Positions 1-18,870 are shown, counted from the stretch's first letter. The stretch is DNA of 64,000 nt from Octopus vulgaris (GCA_951406725.2 OX597824.1:62806001-62870000); one strand, 5' to 3'. Notes: generated from the letters alone by a model not told the origin. Made by a program: numbers and translations.

Positions 1-90
1 TCTTCTTTTTTTCATCTTCTTCTTCTTCCTCTTCTTCTTTTTCATCTTCTTCTTCTTCTCCTTTTCTTCTTCTTCTTCCTCTTCTTCTTC
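1..90. repeat. (CTT)n imperfect microsatellite
   Basis: Run of tct/ctt triplets at the window start. Confidence 0.9.
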
Positions 91-345
91 AAGGTATTCG
101 ATCTTGATAGGACAATGGCTTCATCCAGTTTATCACAGGTGCAGCACAATGGTTGACACTCCAATTTGTGACCAAAGCTTGGCCCTGCGTTGCATGCATA
201 GTGCTCTCGGTCTCTTTTTTAGGGTTCCTTTCATCAGCCAATCGCACTTATATTTTCCAGCAACTTCTGCTGTGGCTACATAGAATTCATTTTGTAGTTC
301 CTCTTGCGTAATTCTTCTTGTCCTTTTTGTACTTCTTCCTTCGTT
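91..345 (-). mobile_element. Decayed Dong/R4-type non-LTR retrotransposon fragment (region before the zinc knuckle)
   Basis: Minus-strand translation across a frameshift gives DWLMKGTL.KETESTMHATQGQALVTN. This parallels QWLRSSGLKAETEGFLIAAQDQSLPTRN in the 2308-4185 ORF. Confidence 0.6.
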
Positions 346-389
346 TTCCTTTCTTTCTGCTCTCAGTACTCCCTCGTTCCTAACTATCG

Positions 390-1126
390 ATTATCAACTA
401 ACCAGTCTGTTTGGGAGAACTTTCGGTCCGGGGCTTATGGATAATTTCCAGAAATTCCTCGCTTGGCAGTGCTACCGAGAGGCGTTGCGTGTTCGAGATG
501 AAAGTGCCGTCAGCCGGGCCTGCTCGAGGTGAGCACAGAGCGATGAAATCGCTCTGCCCACACTCGTCGAGTGCTGACCTGCGGGTTTATCTCGAACAGC
601 TGATATCGCGTGTAGGACGGATCCGGTCATCAGCTGAATCCATACTGAAGAATGCCCCGCCGGCCTCCTTTAACCGGGAGGGGCAGGTAATTTTCATTTC
701 TCTTCTGGCTGTAGCGAATGAAGAAGTATGGTGGACCCGTTTGAAAGGGCTAGAGTCAGGCACTTTCCTCTTTAGGGAAGGCCTCATCAACGTTTTCAAG
801 TTCCACTTGAAAAGGAGAGTGAGTGTGGAAAGGGAAGTGTTGTCTTCTAGCAAATTTGTTGAATGGTGGGTGAATGTCGGACAAATGTTCAGTATGGATG
901 GATCTATTCTGAGAATTCACCTGTAAAAACGTTTAAAAGGAGCTGAGGTGTTACCCTGTGCTTCAGGCACCCGTGGCTTTTATGGGCTTTTCATAAGGAG
1001 ATTTTTACTTGTTCTATCGTTATCAAACGTTTGTGCGGATGTTCTTTTTTTGCAAAGCTCTTTGCATATTGTCTTGTGTTGTCCATTAGTATCTTGATTT
1101 ATATGAGCCCTTGTGGCCAATAAAAT
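390..1126 (+). mobile_element. 3' fragment of an L1/Tx1-clade LINE (ORF2 C-terminus plus 3' UTR)
   Basis: One frame reads FQKFLAWQCYREALRVRD...ACSR*AQSDEIALPTLVEC, a decayed zf-RVT-like Cys motif. It shifts into ORF 411-926 (VWWTRLKG...FKFHLKRRVSVERE...KFVEWW). An AATAAA at ~1119 is followed by a simple-repeat tail. Confidence 0.65.
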
Positions 1127-1130
1127 GAAT

Positions 1131-1238
1131 TAATTATTATTATAATCATTGCTATTATTATTATTATTATAATTATTATTTATAACACGGATAATAATTT
1201 TCTTTCCTCTTCTTCTTCCCATTATTATTATCATTATT

Positions 1239-1330
<92 letters not shown>
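1131..1330. repeat. (TTA)n microsatellite
   Basis: Direct reading; it explains the poly-Asn ORF 1176-1397. Confidence 0.95.
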
Positions 1331-4921
<3,591 letters not shown>

Positions 4922-6251
4922 ATGTTTTCTTTACTAACCACTAAGGGCCCCCCTCCACAGCAAGCAGAAGAGTATGAGCTTCAGTTTGACCAGACTTAAA
5001 TGGTGCAAGGCAAGATGGTCAGGCGATAATATATAATGGAGTCGGTGCAAGCATTCGCCACTTCTACCAGACATTTCAGAGGCAGCTTGATATCAAAATA
5101 CTTAGCTTAACATAATTCACTGAATAGACCTTCATGACTCTTAAAAACACACTCACAACTCTAATAAAAAAAATACTATATGAAGAAGACAATGTAGTGC
5201 CAGTATTAAATAACAATTTCAGAAAACAATGAACAATTAAGAGTAAGAGGCATCAAATATTAATATTTGGAACGAACTATTTGTTTGAGTATGAAGTCTT
5301 AAGAAAGAAAATCTCGTAAATAAAGTTGAACAATTCGAATGTGTGTGTGTGCGGGCGCGCGCGTGCGTATGTGTGTGTTTGTGTGTGTGAAGCCTTTTCA
5401 GCAAGACATGCTATTTTCTGTATTTTTTCCAGATTCTTTCGTGTTATTATTTCCTTTCAATATCCGAGATCAATCAGATCATAAATAAAATAAATTCTGT
5501 ACGGTTTCATTATGGATTCAGAGATATACAGTATAGGATCCATTGAGGGATATCAAACCTTATAGAATGACACTTTTATGCAATATTGCGACATTTTCCG
5601 AAGCTGTTATGTGTGAAATGGGCACGAATAAAGTAATTACGACCGAACTAATGAAAGTCGGTGATACAGTTAAGTGCCTCAAGTATATTGTTAATAGTTG
5701 TTCATTCCGTGCCAACAACACAACTGAAAACAGCTTCCTTTGCAGTCTTAAGTGAACCCGTATTTACTCGACATTCATACATACACACTAAGATGCTTAT
5801 AAAATCATCATGCGCATTTAAACAAACCAAATTACCAGACCAATAAAAGAGACTCTCTTATAGTCGTTTAACTTGTTAGAAAGGGCAACAAAATTTTACT
5901 TACATTACACTCTACTGGAGTAGCAGCATGGAAGGCAGAACTGATTTATCTGATCTTCGAAATTCTATTTCTAAGAAAGTTATGCGATAGATTTGCTTCA
6001 TTGGGTCTGAATACATTGTAAATAACATCAACCACAGTGAAGTTGTGATATATGTAATTCTACTGAACAATTCATGGACAACTTCAGGTTATATGTATAA
6101 GAACATCAATCTCGAATGTCTCACACGAATAACCATGTGATCTTAACTCCTCAACAATTTTGTTTGACGTTCATAGTCATAAATCAATAATACATTGCAA
6201 TTGAACTTTCGTATACTCACATATTTGTTCGTTCGTATTTCTGTGTATCTA

Positions 6252-7463
6252 CGAGACAGAGCTGAAAAGTTCATAGGCTGACTACTAATGAGTGATGCTA
6301 GAGCTGCAAAATCATCCAGGTTTTAATTTCACCCCTTCTTATTAATAACTGCAGGGATTCTTACCACATAAAGTGATATCTGACCGCTCAAAAATGACTT
6401 CAAAATAACTGGTAGCGACACCTCTAGAAAATGTACAAAATTTGCTATCGCGGTGTTATCAAGTACCTGAAAAAAAAAGGGGGTTACCTTCTCATCCAAA
6501 GGACATTCATGCTGGAATTGCCACTACATTTGGGGTTAAGGATGTAGCTTTAATAACAGTGTAAATGTGGGCCAATGAATTTAGGAGGCGAAGAGAAGTA
6601 ATTCAAGATGTCCCAACGCCTGAACATCTCATATCTCAATCACCGAAAATATATTGATCGTCTTCATCACATGGTGAGGGAAAACAGCTGATGGACTAGA
6701 AACAATTAGTCATTGATATTAGCATATCTTGTGAGAGATTTCGGAATATGCGGCATAATGAACTTGGCATGACGAAGGTTTCTGCCCTGTGGGTCTTCTG
6801 ACTATTATTCAAAAGCACCCCAGGCTGATCACATCACAGGGAAATTTAACAGTCTTTGAGGTAGATCCGACCGTTTTCTTTAAACGTTCCCTAAGCCGGG
6901 GCGAGTTTTGGCTTTGAGCCTAAGACAGAGACAATTCATGAAGTGGAACCATCCTCCTCACCTGCTCCAAAGCAGACTGAGATCGTTTCATTTGTCGGAA
7001 AATTTGAAGGTCTCTGTATTTTTATTGATGCATTGTGTGGGATACAAAAGACATTGTGTTTATCTTCAAAAGAGACATACAATCAATGGAGAGTGCTATG
7101 TCAGTTTGCTGAGGCAGTTACGAAAGGCTATCAAAACTGATGAAAGGGGTCTTGTTTCATCAATACAGAGTTCCAGCACACAAATCATCGGTTTCAGTAG
7201 GTACTGTACGTGACTGTGGATTTGGACATGTTGAATTATCCTCCCTGTTTTCCTGAATTTTTCTCATCTGACTATCTTCTGCTCTTCAACATGAACAGAA
7301 AATTCACTTGATTGAGAAACAGTATCGCAGTGAATACGTAATATATGCTGTTGATGATTTCTTTTTACTATAAGATGAAAGATTCTTCACCAATGAAATG
7401 CCAACACTGTAACACCGACGGAAGAAGTGTATGGTCAGCCTATGAATTTTCAGCCGATCCTCG
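6252..7463 (+). mobile_element. Full-length but decayed mariner DNA transposon (~1.2 kb)
   Basis: TIRs CGAGACAGAGCTGAAAAGTTCATAGGCTGAC and GTCAGCCTATGAATTTTCAGCCGATCCTCG, both flanked by TA. Disrupted transposase remnants include RGVIKYL, WANEFRR, TINGECYVSLLRQLRKAIK, HQYRVPAHKS (HQDNAPAH-like) and PPCFPEFFSSDY (PPYSPDLAPSDY-like). Confidence 0.88.
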
Positions 7464-7890
7464 TACGTAAGGTAAAATGGTGTGTCTCAGTGTACATATC
7501 CATGTAAATATTTGTGCTGATAGGGTTTTCATTAGTAATGAGAATAAGCTCACTGATTTGTTTTGCACGAAATGCTTTTCTACAATATCGACAGTTAAGT
7601 GCTAGCGATTTCTAATATACACAAAATGAAGACATAGAGCTAAGTTAATATCTGCCATTTGTTGGAATTGTAGAAATATTTTGCTAAGAGGATAAAGATT
7701 TGAGGAGGAATTACTATAAGGCAGAACAACCATTGATAGTATGTATCACCTGCTATTCGGTCTCCTAATCTACTTCTTCTACGACCAAATTCACTGTGCT
7801 TACTGGTGGATTAGAAACCGGTGCGAATTATCTTAGGAATTTCAACCTAACTGGATAGGATATAAATCAATAGGATAATAACGAAATATT

Positions 7891-8302
7891 GGTGTGGTTA
7901 TGTGGTTAGAAGCTTGCTTCTCCACCATATGGTTCCGGGTTCAGTCCCTCTGTGTGACACCTGAGGCAAGTGTCTTCTACTATAGCCCCGGACCGATCAA
8001 AGCCTTGTGGTAGATTTCGTAGACGGAAATTAAAAGAAGCTGTCGTAAATATATATGCGCGTGCGCGTGCGCGTGTGTGCATGTATCTCTGTTTGTTCCC
8101 CCACCACCGCTTCACAACTGGTTCTGGTACGTTTACGTTCCAACAACTAAAGTTTCATCAAACAGACCGATAGAGTAAATACCAGGCTTTGCAAAGATGT
8201 ACTAGGGTCGATATATTCGACTAACAAAATTCTTCAAGGCGCTGGATCAGCATGGCCGTAGTCTAATGACGGAAACAAGTAAAAGATAAAAAGATAAAAG
8301 AT
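7891..8302 (+). mobile_element. tRNA-derived SINE with internal microsatellite and CR1-like tail
   Basis: A/B-box-like head (TGGTTATGTGG...GGTTCAGTCC). The body is shared with 27076-27450 and 40270-40650. The tail is CAGCATGGCC...GAAACAAGTAAAAGATAAAAG. Confidence 0.8.
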
Positions 8303-8526
8303 ATTAACGGTGTAAGCCTTGCAGTATACTTAGGTATTCGATGTGCTATCATGTGACTCCTAATGAAGACTGAGTGTCTTTATTTATAGGATCGCCTCCT
8401 CTCAAACCTTGCAAAACAAGAGGGAATTCCCCAAAAAGTTCTTTTTATAATCCATGGTAGGCGATCAGGGTTGCTGGGTGTGCGAATGAGAATACAAGAG
8501 TTATAGAATAGAATAGGAAAAATCCG

Positions 8527-8609
8527 GGCTACATATGTTTCATAGCGAGCAGAACCTCAGAAGTAATAAAGTTCAAGTGAGGTGTATACCACCGGCTACT
8601 CTTCAGGCC
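8527..8609 (-). ncRNA. Minimal type I hammerhead ribozyme motif (PLE-type)
   Basis: Minus strand: GGC CTGAAGA GTAGC..loop..GCTAT GAAA CATATG TA GCC. Core boxes, stems I and II, and a palindromic stem III are present. Confidence 0.7.
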
Positions 8610-9350
8610 AAGGATATCTTGATCAGATTAAAGGTGGCATTGCCGCAAAGATATACATTCAATCAGAATGTGTAGAGAACGTAATAGAGTTTTGGAGGGA
8701 GAAGAAAGCTCCCCATCGCATCTGTAGAATCAATTCGTTTGTAGCGTGAATAATAAGTTTGATGCACTGGTTTTTGTCGGGATGTCGGATAACCTTAAGC
8801 GACAAGTTTAACATTTTCTCCATTTCCGTGTCTTCCACACAGTTAGCACTAACTAGATTAGGAACAATTGATATATAAATGTAAGATCGAGGGATTGAGG
8901 TGCAGGAAGAAAGTTAGATTCGAGCAATCCGTCATAAATATTTTAAAAAAGCAACTTCCAGAAACAAGAGTGCTTTATTGAGACGGAATATTGTGGATAA
9001 TTTTCGAAACCGAAGAAATGTAAGCTGAAAAAATTCCTTTATTATTCAACAGTAGGCGAGCAAGTGAACCTTCCACGCCTCGCCCATCCCATATCAGCTT
9101 GAAGGACCACAAGGAAAACTTAATTTCGCAGTGAAACCCTCCGTTCGCTTCATCTGCCCTCCAACTCCGATATATGTGTGTTAGCAAAATTCTACTCGAT
9201 CGAATAATACTCCAACTTTACACCACATCTCCTCTTAAACTTTAAACCGAAGCAACTGAAGCTATACAGTGGTTCAACTAGAGTAGTTGAATAGATTATA
9301 TAAATAATTAAATAAATTGATTAATTAAATATTATGAAATATTACATTAT

Positions 9351-9387
<37 letters not shown>

Positions 9388-9770
9388 CAACATAGTTGGA
9401 TAGACAATAATAATAGCAGATAATTTCATTTAAACTATGCATAGTTGGATTACCCCTCTAAGAACTAATCACCTATAAATTCCCATAGTGCTCTGCTATA
9501 TTCACTTACTCTAATTGCCATTTTGAATGATATCTTGGCCTATCACAAGTGGATTTGTATTTTTTACATCTAATCACAGACCTCTTCATTCTAGTATATA
9601 GTTTTATACTTGATATTCTATATTTAGCCTTCTATGTTTGATATATGTATCCTAATATATATTTAAAATTAATAAGTTAATTCTTACTTTTGTAATGTCT
9701 ATTTTTAATTTTTAATTTCACGCTTAATTTTTATGATGATCTATATTAGCTGAACTATATTTTGAAAAAT

Positions 9771-9852
9771 GAACCTGAAGATGTGTTGGTAGAATTATAA
9801 ATCTGATGATTACATATATCATGATCTTCCAATACAGAAACGCGTGTAGTTC
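9771..9852 (+). ncRNA. Minimal type I hammerhead ribozyme motif (PLE-type)
   Basis: GAAC CTGAAGA TGTGTTGG..CCAATACA GAAA CGCGTG TA GTTC, with an intact core, a 4-bp stem I and an 8-bp stem II. Confidence 0.85.
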
Positions 9853-9869
9853 CTTTCTAATAATTTTCA

Positions 9870-10070
9870 CTGAAGTAAGGGGTAGATGACTCAATACGGC
9901 TATCCAAGAGAAAAGACCTAATCGTCAGCATGGAATTCTTCTGATGCACAACAACGGTCTCCCTCTTATCGACAATATGACCAAGGAAGCCAATCAAACG
10001 CATGGCTGAGAAGTGCTGCCACACCCGCCGTACTCTCTTCATTTGCACCAACAGATTCCACCTTTTTCAA
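9870..10070 (-). mobile_element. Possible decayed Ty3/Gypsy RT fragment
   Basis: Short peptide GFLGHIVDK resembles the FLGH motif of LTR-retrotransposon RT; support is otherwise weak. Confidence 0.3.
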
Positions 10071-10204
10071 TCTCTTACAAATGCGGAGTTTCGATCAATA
10101 CTGATGCATTGTGTGTGCATATTTATATACTCACATATACAAACAGTTACTAAACATTCCCGTCTCAGGGGGCATTTTCTTCTTTGTCTATCTACTTCCG
10201 GTCA

Positions 10205-10408
10205 TTCCAAAATGTAACTATACGTGGACTGTTCGCGTTTTTTTTTCCTCCTCCCTGCTTTTCGACTTCCTTATGTCTCCTGTTTCCGAAGAAGAGCTTT
10301 TCTCGAAACGTAAAACAACAACTCTTTCTTACCTTCTCTGAACATCTTATTAATTCTTTACATGTACCACACCCTCACGCTGTTGTTTTTTTCTCCGTTT
10401 TTTTTTAA

Positions 10409-10410
<2 letters not shown>
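10205..10410 (+). mobile_element. ~210-bp hammerhead-bearing repeat (PLE-terminal-repeat-like), diverged copy
   Basis: GTTT CCGAAGA AGAGCTTTTCTC GAAA CG TA AAAC at 10282-10316. Similar to the copies at 20510, 26025 and 26455, and ends at (TA)n. Confidence 0.6.
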
Positions 10411-10444
<34 letters not shown>

Positions 10445-10555
10445 TACATTTAAACACGTATACATACATATATGCACATTTATACGTTTATGCCTCTAAT
10501 TATGTAGATATACACAAGTAAACAACAACCTGCCTCCTTACCTCCCTACGTACCT

Positions 10556-11755
<1,200 letters not shown>

Positions 11756-11789
11756 TTCTATGTACATTATGTAGTTTTATTTGAAATTG

Positions 11790-12480
11790 TATCAAACAAG
11801 AAAGAGTTGGGTTCTAACTTGCATCCAAGGCTCTTCCGTTGGAGGTTCAACAACACCAACAGTTTACCCCAATCATTTCAAGTATAAACCTGAACCTGTA
11901 ATACGCGTAGAGTAACTGCATATTCCTTAACAGTTCAGAGTAGACGGGCTTTTTCTCTCTAATCTTTAGCTATATGTTGACGTCCGCTGGGCATCTGATT
12001 CTCACTATTTTATAACGTTTCTCTTCCCTGTCCCAAATCACTATGCCTGGTCCCCTATGTCTATATTTCATTGAGCTTATCACTAGGACATTTCATCATT
12101 CTCCATTCTTTCATATTTGGAATTTCTATGGCCTCTACCATACTGTGGATTCTTATCTGTTTGACTTGAAACGGTTCTCATTATACAGTTTATTGACTGC
12201 ATCATGTCTCATTGGTACATAATACAGCGAGGACGTTTTCGGACAACTGCTTATGGTGTTAATGCTAATTACATAATGTCTGCATTAGTTATCATATTAT
12301 GGTGGTTTTTCAGCGTTTCAGTCTCTTCCGTGTATCAGGTATTTCGTTGATATTTCAGGATGGCATTCGCATATTTTTTCAAAGAGAGTGTTAGTAATGA
12401 GGTTGTTGATACATGATAAACTGCTTTGATTATCAATGTTACTGTCACCAGGAGTTTTCTGCTAACTTATCCAATCATGG
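11790..12480 (-). mobile_element. Decayed RLE-type (R4/NeSL-like) non-LTR retrotransposon 3' fragment
   Basis: Minus strand reads ISSCPKTSSLYYVPMRHDAV...GPGIVIWDREEK...IRCPADVNI...YSELLRNMQLLY, matching the knuckle end, RHD and PD-(D/E) endonuclease remnants. Confidence 0.75.
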
Positions 12481-13786
12481 TTTTCTGCTGATATGCACTC
12501 CTCTTTTCATCGGATAATACGTAGCAGTAGAGTCGTGAATGTTAGGTAGGTAGGTAGGTAGGTAGGTAGGTAGATATGCATTTATGAAAGACTCCATTAC
12601 ATAGAAATAACTTTTTCATTTAAATATTTAGTTGCAGTGATCCTGAGATACCCTTGATGTACTTATTAAAAAAACTAAGTTGATCTAATCTATTACACTG
12701 ATACCTAAACGGAAGCTATTGGCAGGATAAGGTGGCGTCGTGTATTCCCCACTATATTCAGTTACAGCGACATGTAAAACTTTGGGCCTCTTTCAATCTT
12801 ACTCTTCAGCTAGTATTCGTAGTGAAGAATTCTGTTATAGCAGGTGCTGAAAGACTTGATGCTAATCTTTGGGACAAGAATTGATAGGGTCTCTTGAGGA
12901 GCCGGCTAGATACTTCTTTGAATGGAATTATATCCATTCTATGTTTTCAATTCATTTTTCTCTTTGAAGCTTTTTGCGTAGTCCATCGATTTTTCTCCAC
13001 TCTCCTTGTCTCTCTTATGTCTTTGTTTCGTCAACAAATTACAAATAGTCATGAAATCTGCAACTTCGATTTTTATCAGGTAGAGAACTTGGCCCTGCAC
13101 AAATCCATGTTTTACCTCTCGAAAGTGGACGTCGATATTCATCTGGCTTCCTTTCTGTGACTGTGGTAGGCTCTACCACGAGCTTGTGCTCTATTGGTAT
13201 TGCTCCCAGAAACTCCTTCACCGCAACAAGAACCGGTTACTAGTTTTTGTTACTAAAGTTTGTCGCTTCTGCATTTCTTATATATTTATCCAATAAATTA
13301 TTTTATAAATTATATCGATCACGTTTATTGAAGTTCCCACTGCATGCAGTTTGAATATTATTCGTATGAAACTGTATCTAGTAAAACTCATTTCTCATTC
13401 TGCTGAAATATCTAACTTATCTGTTATCTGAGCGTGCGCATTTATATTTATGTGTTTATGTGTACATCTTTTATGTCTGCTTGAGTGCATACATGCATGT
13501 GTGCGTCTTTATACGTGCGTGGGTGTGCGTGTGTGTGTGTGCATGTTTGTGTGTGTGCCTGCGTGTTGATATGTGTGGGGTGGTTGCGTGTATATGTGTG
13601 TTATAATATTTGTCTACGTAAGTTACCACTGGTTTTATATCCTTTGACGTTATAAAAATCCTATCTCCCATAAGCAACCGATGAAGTGTATAGTAGTGAG
13701 CTTTTAAAGCACGATCTGGCTGGTATAAGATATTTGTAGTTCAGTTAAATTTTCAATGGTAAATAATTGCATTAGGCACATACGTA

Positions 13787-14297
13787 GGGAAGGGTGAGCT
13801 GAAAAGTTCATGAAGGACGGTAACGGTCTCAGTTTTGGGGAATGCAAAAGAATTGCGTTTATTGACTATCTTGAAAATGGTCACACCATGAATGAAGAGT
13901 ACTATGGCAACTTGCTGAGGTAGTTACGAAAGACTATCAAGACGAAACGCAGAGGAAAATTGACGAAAGTTGTTTTGTTGCATCAGGACAATACTCCAGC
14001 ACGCAAGTCCTGGGTTTCAATGGCTGCTATGCGTGACTGTGGCTTGGAACTAGTTGATCCCATTTCCTATACTCTTGATTTGTCTCCATATGCCTATCAT
14101 GTGCTTCCCAACATGCAAAAACACTCGACCGAAAAGCAGCTTCACAGAGACCATCTGGATGAAAGATTCTTCACAAATATTATCCGAGTATTGCAACAGC
14201 GGTGGAAGAAGTTTGTGGATCGCAAGATAACTTCATTTGGTCACATTCCATTAGAGTTTATTGGTCAGCCTATGACATTTTCAGCCGACTTTTGTGT
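13787..14297 (+). mobile_element. Internally deleted mariner, same family as 6252-7463
   Basis: Both TIR remnants are present (GCTGAAAAGTTCAT; GTCAGCCTATGACATTTTCAGCC). Peptides are IDYLENGHTMNEEYYGNLL and LHQDNTPARKS...DLSPYAYHVLPNM. Confidence 0.85.
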
Positions 14298-15471
14298 ACG
14301 AATAGTTGATTTACGTTATATAACAATGCAGAAAATCCCAAAGAAAACCCGCGTAATTAACGATTATATACCCACTGTTCTAAGATTAGAAAAAAATCGA
14401 TATTGCTATAAGAAATCAGAAATCACTTATATAAATACTGGTATTTTAGCTCGTGCGAATGTTGTCCCCAGTGGTATATAACCTCGTATATAGTACACGC
14501 TATTTTCCAAATGTTCTAGTGATTCGCCCAATAAATTGCTACTGAGTATATTTTTTAATAAAGCTAATATAAATCTTCATCAAATATAGTGTGAACAGAA
14601 TGTTGAATGTGGATGTATTTACAATTCATTTCAGTGATATTGACCCAACATTTTAAAAAGGTTTACAATACAAATTATTAGATTTACAATACAATTTTCG
14701 AGACAATATTTCTCAAAAATATTTCTCTCGGATTCAAGATTTCTAGAAACTTATTCATACTTTAGATTCTAGTTACTTGAAGAGCAATTTTCGAGGAAAT
14801 TTTTCTTTAGGAATTCATCTCGGAATTTTTCAGCATTACATCGCCAAATAATGAATGAATGAAAGCCACATATGTCTCAGTTACTTCGTTTTCTAAGTGG
14901 CACTGCTCGAGAAAGTATCTAACAAGAGGAACCAAACATACGCCCGCGCATTTACACATGCTCACATATGAAGCAGCAAATAAAAGAAAATCGTTTTTTA
15001 ATGCAGAAACTATATTTAGAACATTAAACTGCTTGTTAAAGTGTTAAAATTCTTATAGAGAACTTCTGTAACATTATCTCTGAAAGAAACGTTTTATTCT
15101 CTACGGCTTCTGTCATCTTGCTGTTAAATAGATATAACGTTATCGTGCGTTCCTGAAGAGGAATATACCCGGTAAATCCAGGGTTGGGTTTTAGCGAAAG
15201 AGATGTATCTATTAATCACTCAGCACGTACGAAATTAAGATAACCTCTGACGCATAGATGTACAGCTCATACATATATCACTACTTAAGAGAAACAAGAC
15301 GATATTGTGAACAACTGATGAATGGTAATGCCGTCAGAGTTTCACGATTGATAGCTTTACACACATAAACATGCGGACAAACAAACTCACATATGAGTGA
15401 AGTAGATATCCACACACAAACATGCATATATATATATATATGTGTGTATATGAATACACACATATACATTT

Positions 15472-15525
<54 letters not shown>

Positions 15526-17327
15526 GTTCGTACAATTTTATGCATAAACAAACAGACATATACATACATTATGTGCATACAAACGCACACATACATATAT
15601 ACATAAACACACACACGTACATACATACATACATACATATATATATATGTGTGTGTGTGTTTGTGTGTGTATGTGTGTGTGTGTGTGTGATGTTTCTAAC
15701 GAGTAAGAGAAAATAAGCTACTTTTAATACACTGTGTAAATTAATATATTTACTCAGGAGAAGCCATATTCTCGTATAGAAAGTTTTAAATTTCAGCATT
15801 CATTCAGTCAGCATCTTAGATTTCACCAGAAGCATGTGAGAACTTCAGTATCTGATTGAATTAAAGAGACTACATATTTTATAGCTGGTAAGAAATCGAA
15901 AGCAAAAGAGAAACAATTTGATGCGAGAAGTCAATTCTTCTAGAGAGACATCAGTAAAATCGGTGATAATAATAAAAAAAAAAAAAGCTTAAGAAATCAC
16001 TGTTTGCTAAACAGATAATCAAGTGAAATTATTATTTATTGAAATAATGATAAAAGAGAAGAAAATTAGAATTAATAAAAGAATTATACTATATCGTAAT
16101 AATATAATTTTTAATGGGTTCGGTATTAAAGTTTCCCAAGTGGATTTGTTGGAATCTATCGTTTGAAGTTGCTCTGATGAAAATTGTCTCAGGCGAGCAA
16201 AACGGGCCTCACCGTCAGCGGACATGGTGAATCTTTTAAATTTGCCACTCATTTCTGACATTTTACATGCTGTATTTAAGTATTGTTCATATAAATTGGC
16301 TTCCCTGCTGCTATATAACCTGTTGACAATTATGTTTGAACTGTTTTCAACATTTCTGTCGTTTCGCTTCTTTCGTCATGTTTATGCGTTATTCCAGACT
16401 TGCTATTTGTTGATATTCTTGAAAACCGATATCAGTTCTCATTTGTCCTTTTCTTAATATTTCTGTTTGTTTTACATTAAATTTTACAAGGCATTGTAGT
16501 AACTTTCAATAAAGTCTTCGTGTATATATATCTGACTAAATGTTGGTTTTAACCATGATGTTTCGGTCTTGTGATGGGCTAGATGACTTTATTTCTATTA
16601 ATTTGTGAATATTCATTTGCATTGTATAAACGTAACGTGCATATCAATGAAAGCATATAAACAATTAATTCTACACTGAAATTATTACAGAACGAATAAG
16701 CCTAAGAATACCAAGTGGTTAAATAAATATATTCACCATTCATACATTCTGACATGTTATGCTTGATATACTCCTTATGAAAACATTTTGTCGATCGGAT
16801 CGTCTGGTTTTCAGCTGCACGGACAATTTGCATTGCAATTCTCCTCATTGGGCTACTATATCGTTTGTTAGCCAGATCTGTTAGAGGCGCTTTCTGCAAT
16901 AGACATACGATTTTCTGAATTTATATCTTACACTACAAATTTGTGTACATGCATACACATACATACATATACACATACATACATACATACATACATAAAT
17001 ACATACATACATACATACATACCTATATTGCTGTTTGCTCTGAAGATTTTCCTCCTTGTAAGGATAATAAAACCTAATTTTTCTGTTGTTTTAACGGCGA
17101 TACTGCATTCACAAATTCATTTTCTTGTCTCTGTCACACCACACACATTCGACGATTCTAAAAAACAAAGTTAAGTTGGTTTATATACACATGTGGTTGT
17201 TACACACACATACACACCCACACACGTGCACACAGATGCATACACACACATAAAACACACATATATACTTATATATGTGTTATGAGAGTGCATGGTGTTG
17301 AAAGTCACCTTAAATAATGTTAAGAAA

Positions 17328-17397
<70 letters not shown>

Positions 17398-17869
17398 TAT
17401 AGAGACACAACCGTAACTTTCTGGTTGCGCACTTCTATTGCTGGAGAGAATCAAGTATGCAAATATAGATATATATATGAATTAAAATAAGACTACGTTA
17501 TAGCATTGACAGCAACTCCGACTATAATTAATTATTCGAGCAATACGCTGAATATTGTAACTGCGCCCCGTAACGTGCCGGATATAAAAATACAGTTGGA
17601 TTCATCTCTATATAGTGCGATCCTTCCTCCACAAAACCTGGCACAACAGATACATCCGTCCCTTCAGATAAAACACAAAGTATCCCCCATATTCTACCAC
17701 CCCACTCTTACCCAAAGTTTGCTCTAGTAGAAAACCCAATAGACCCATCCCACCTTGTGCTGTATCCCAAATCTGCCGTTATCCATTGAAATCCACACAA
17801 GCACATTCCTCCATAACCCAAGCTATACTCGGCTGTCCACTTAAACCGGGATAAGCGAGCCAGGACACG

Positions 17870-18870
17870 CAACGTTATCTGATTCCACCCACATCTCCAT
17901 TTGCTCTAAATGCTCAGAACATAGTAACCAAGCTATTCTTTGCCCCTATTGAAGAACATTTCCCTAAGTCGAGTTCTCTGAGAAAAATCTTCAATCTGCA
18001 ACCGATTAAATTTAACTTACTCCACCACAACTATTCCAGGTATAATCCGAAGTCTGAAAAATAATTTCATTGGAAACCAGCTATTAACTTTAATCACAGT
18101 AACATCGTAACCCACACGTCACTCCTCCGCTCATAAACCTAGGACATCCTTACACTTCCTTGCCAATACCGACCATCACAACGCATGCTCTAATTCTATT
18201 ACTCATTCAAATACCCTCAAGCTACCTTACGACCCCGCTATACCCACCACCGAAATATACAACGATAGGAATAATATCATTAGACACTAGAAACAACATC
18301 CCCTAAACAACTCCCGCACCACCCTAAAAAATAACAATCACAATGTCGCCTAGGATAATGACTATAACACCTTGTTGAACCTAGATAATCCTATGCAAAT
18401 GTAGAAGCCCCACCTTCTGTCCTTTAGATGATAGATGTCTCGCAGAAAATATTGTCTACGAACGTACGATATCAACTGAGAATTCAAATTATGTATACAT
18501 CTGCTCCTACAGTACCACGTTAACGATCGGAGTGGGTAACCACCGTTCTACTTTCTCATCCCAAGCAAGAACTAACAGCACGTCATTATCTCGGCTAATC
18601 CATAACCTGAAGCAAAGTTCAATTCTATATAATTTAAAATGGTCCATAATTACCCATGCCAAACCGTATATTGGTTATAACAACAAATGCAATCCATCAT
18701 TTGTCTGAATGAACGAAACCATCTAATTTTTAATTGTAAATACCCATTACGTAACACATTCTCAATGTACAAATAATAGCATCCCCTGTTATTGCTTAAT
18801 CACTCCTGCGCTCCCACTCACAGCTCTTATATGTATTTATAACAAAAAACACTTTAACTACCTCTCTAGT
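17870..18870 (+). mobile_element. Penelope-like element fragment (linker plus GIY-YIG endonuclease), decayed
   Basis: Reads IEEHFPKSSSLRKIFN and CKCRSPTFCPLDDRCLAENIVY...YVYIC...NHRSTF...TSLSRLIHNLK...LKWSIITHAKPY...CLNE. Confidence 0.8.

Noticed and set aside
12894-13221. Protein-like minus-strand ORFs
   Set aside because: They are frameshifted with no identifiable motif; possibly an old transposon remnant, but unassignable.
15148-15210. CTGAAGA...GAAA hammerhead-like spacing
   Set aside because: Stems I and III do not pair.
16019-16261. ORF MSADGEARFARLRQFSSEQLQ with a reasonable start context
   Set aside because: No clear donor site or recognisable domain, and it runs into AT-rich low-complexity sequence.
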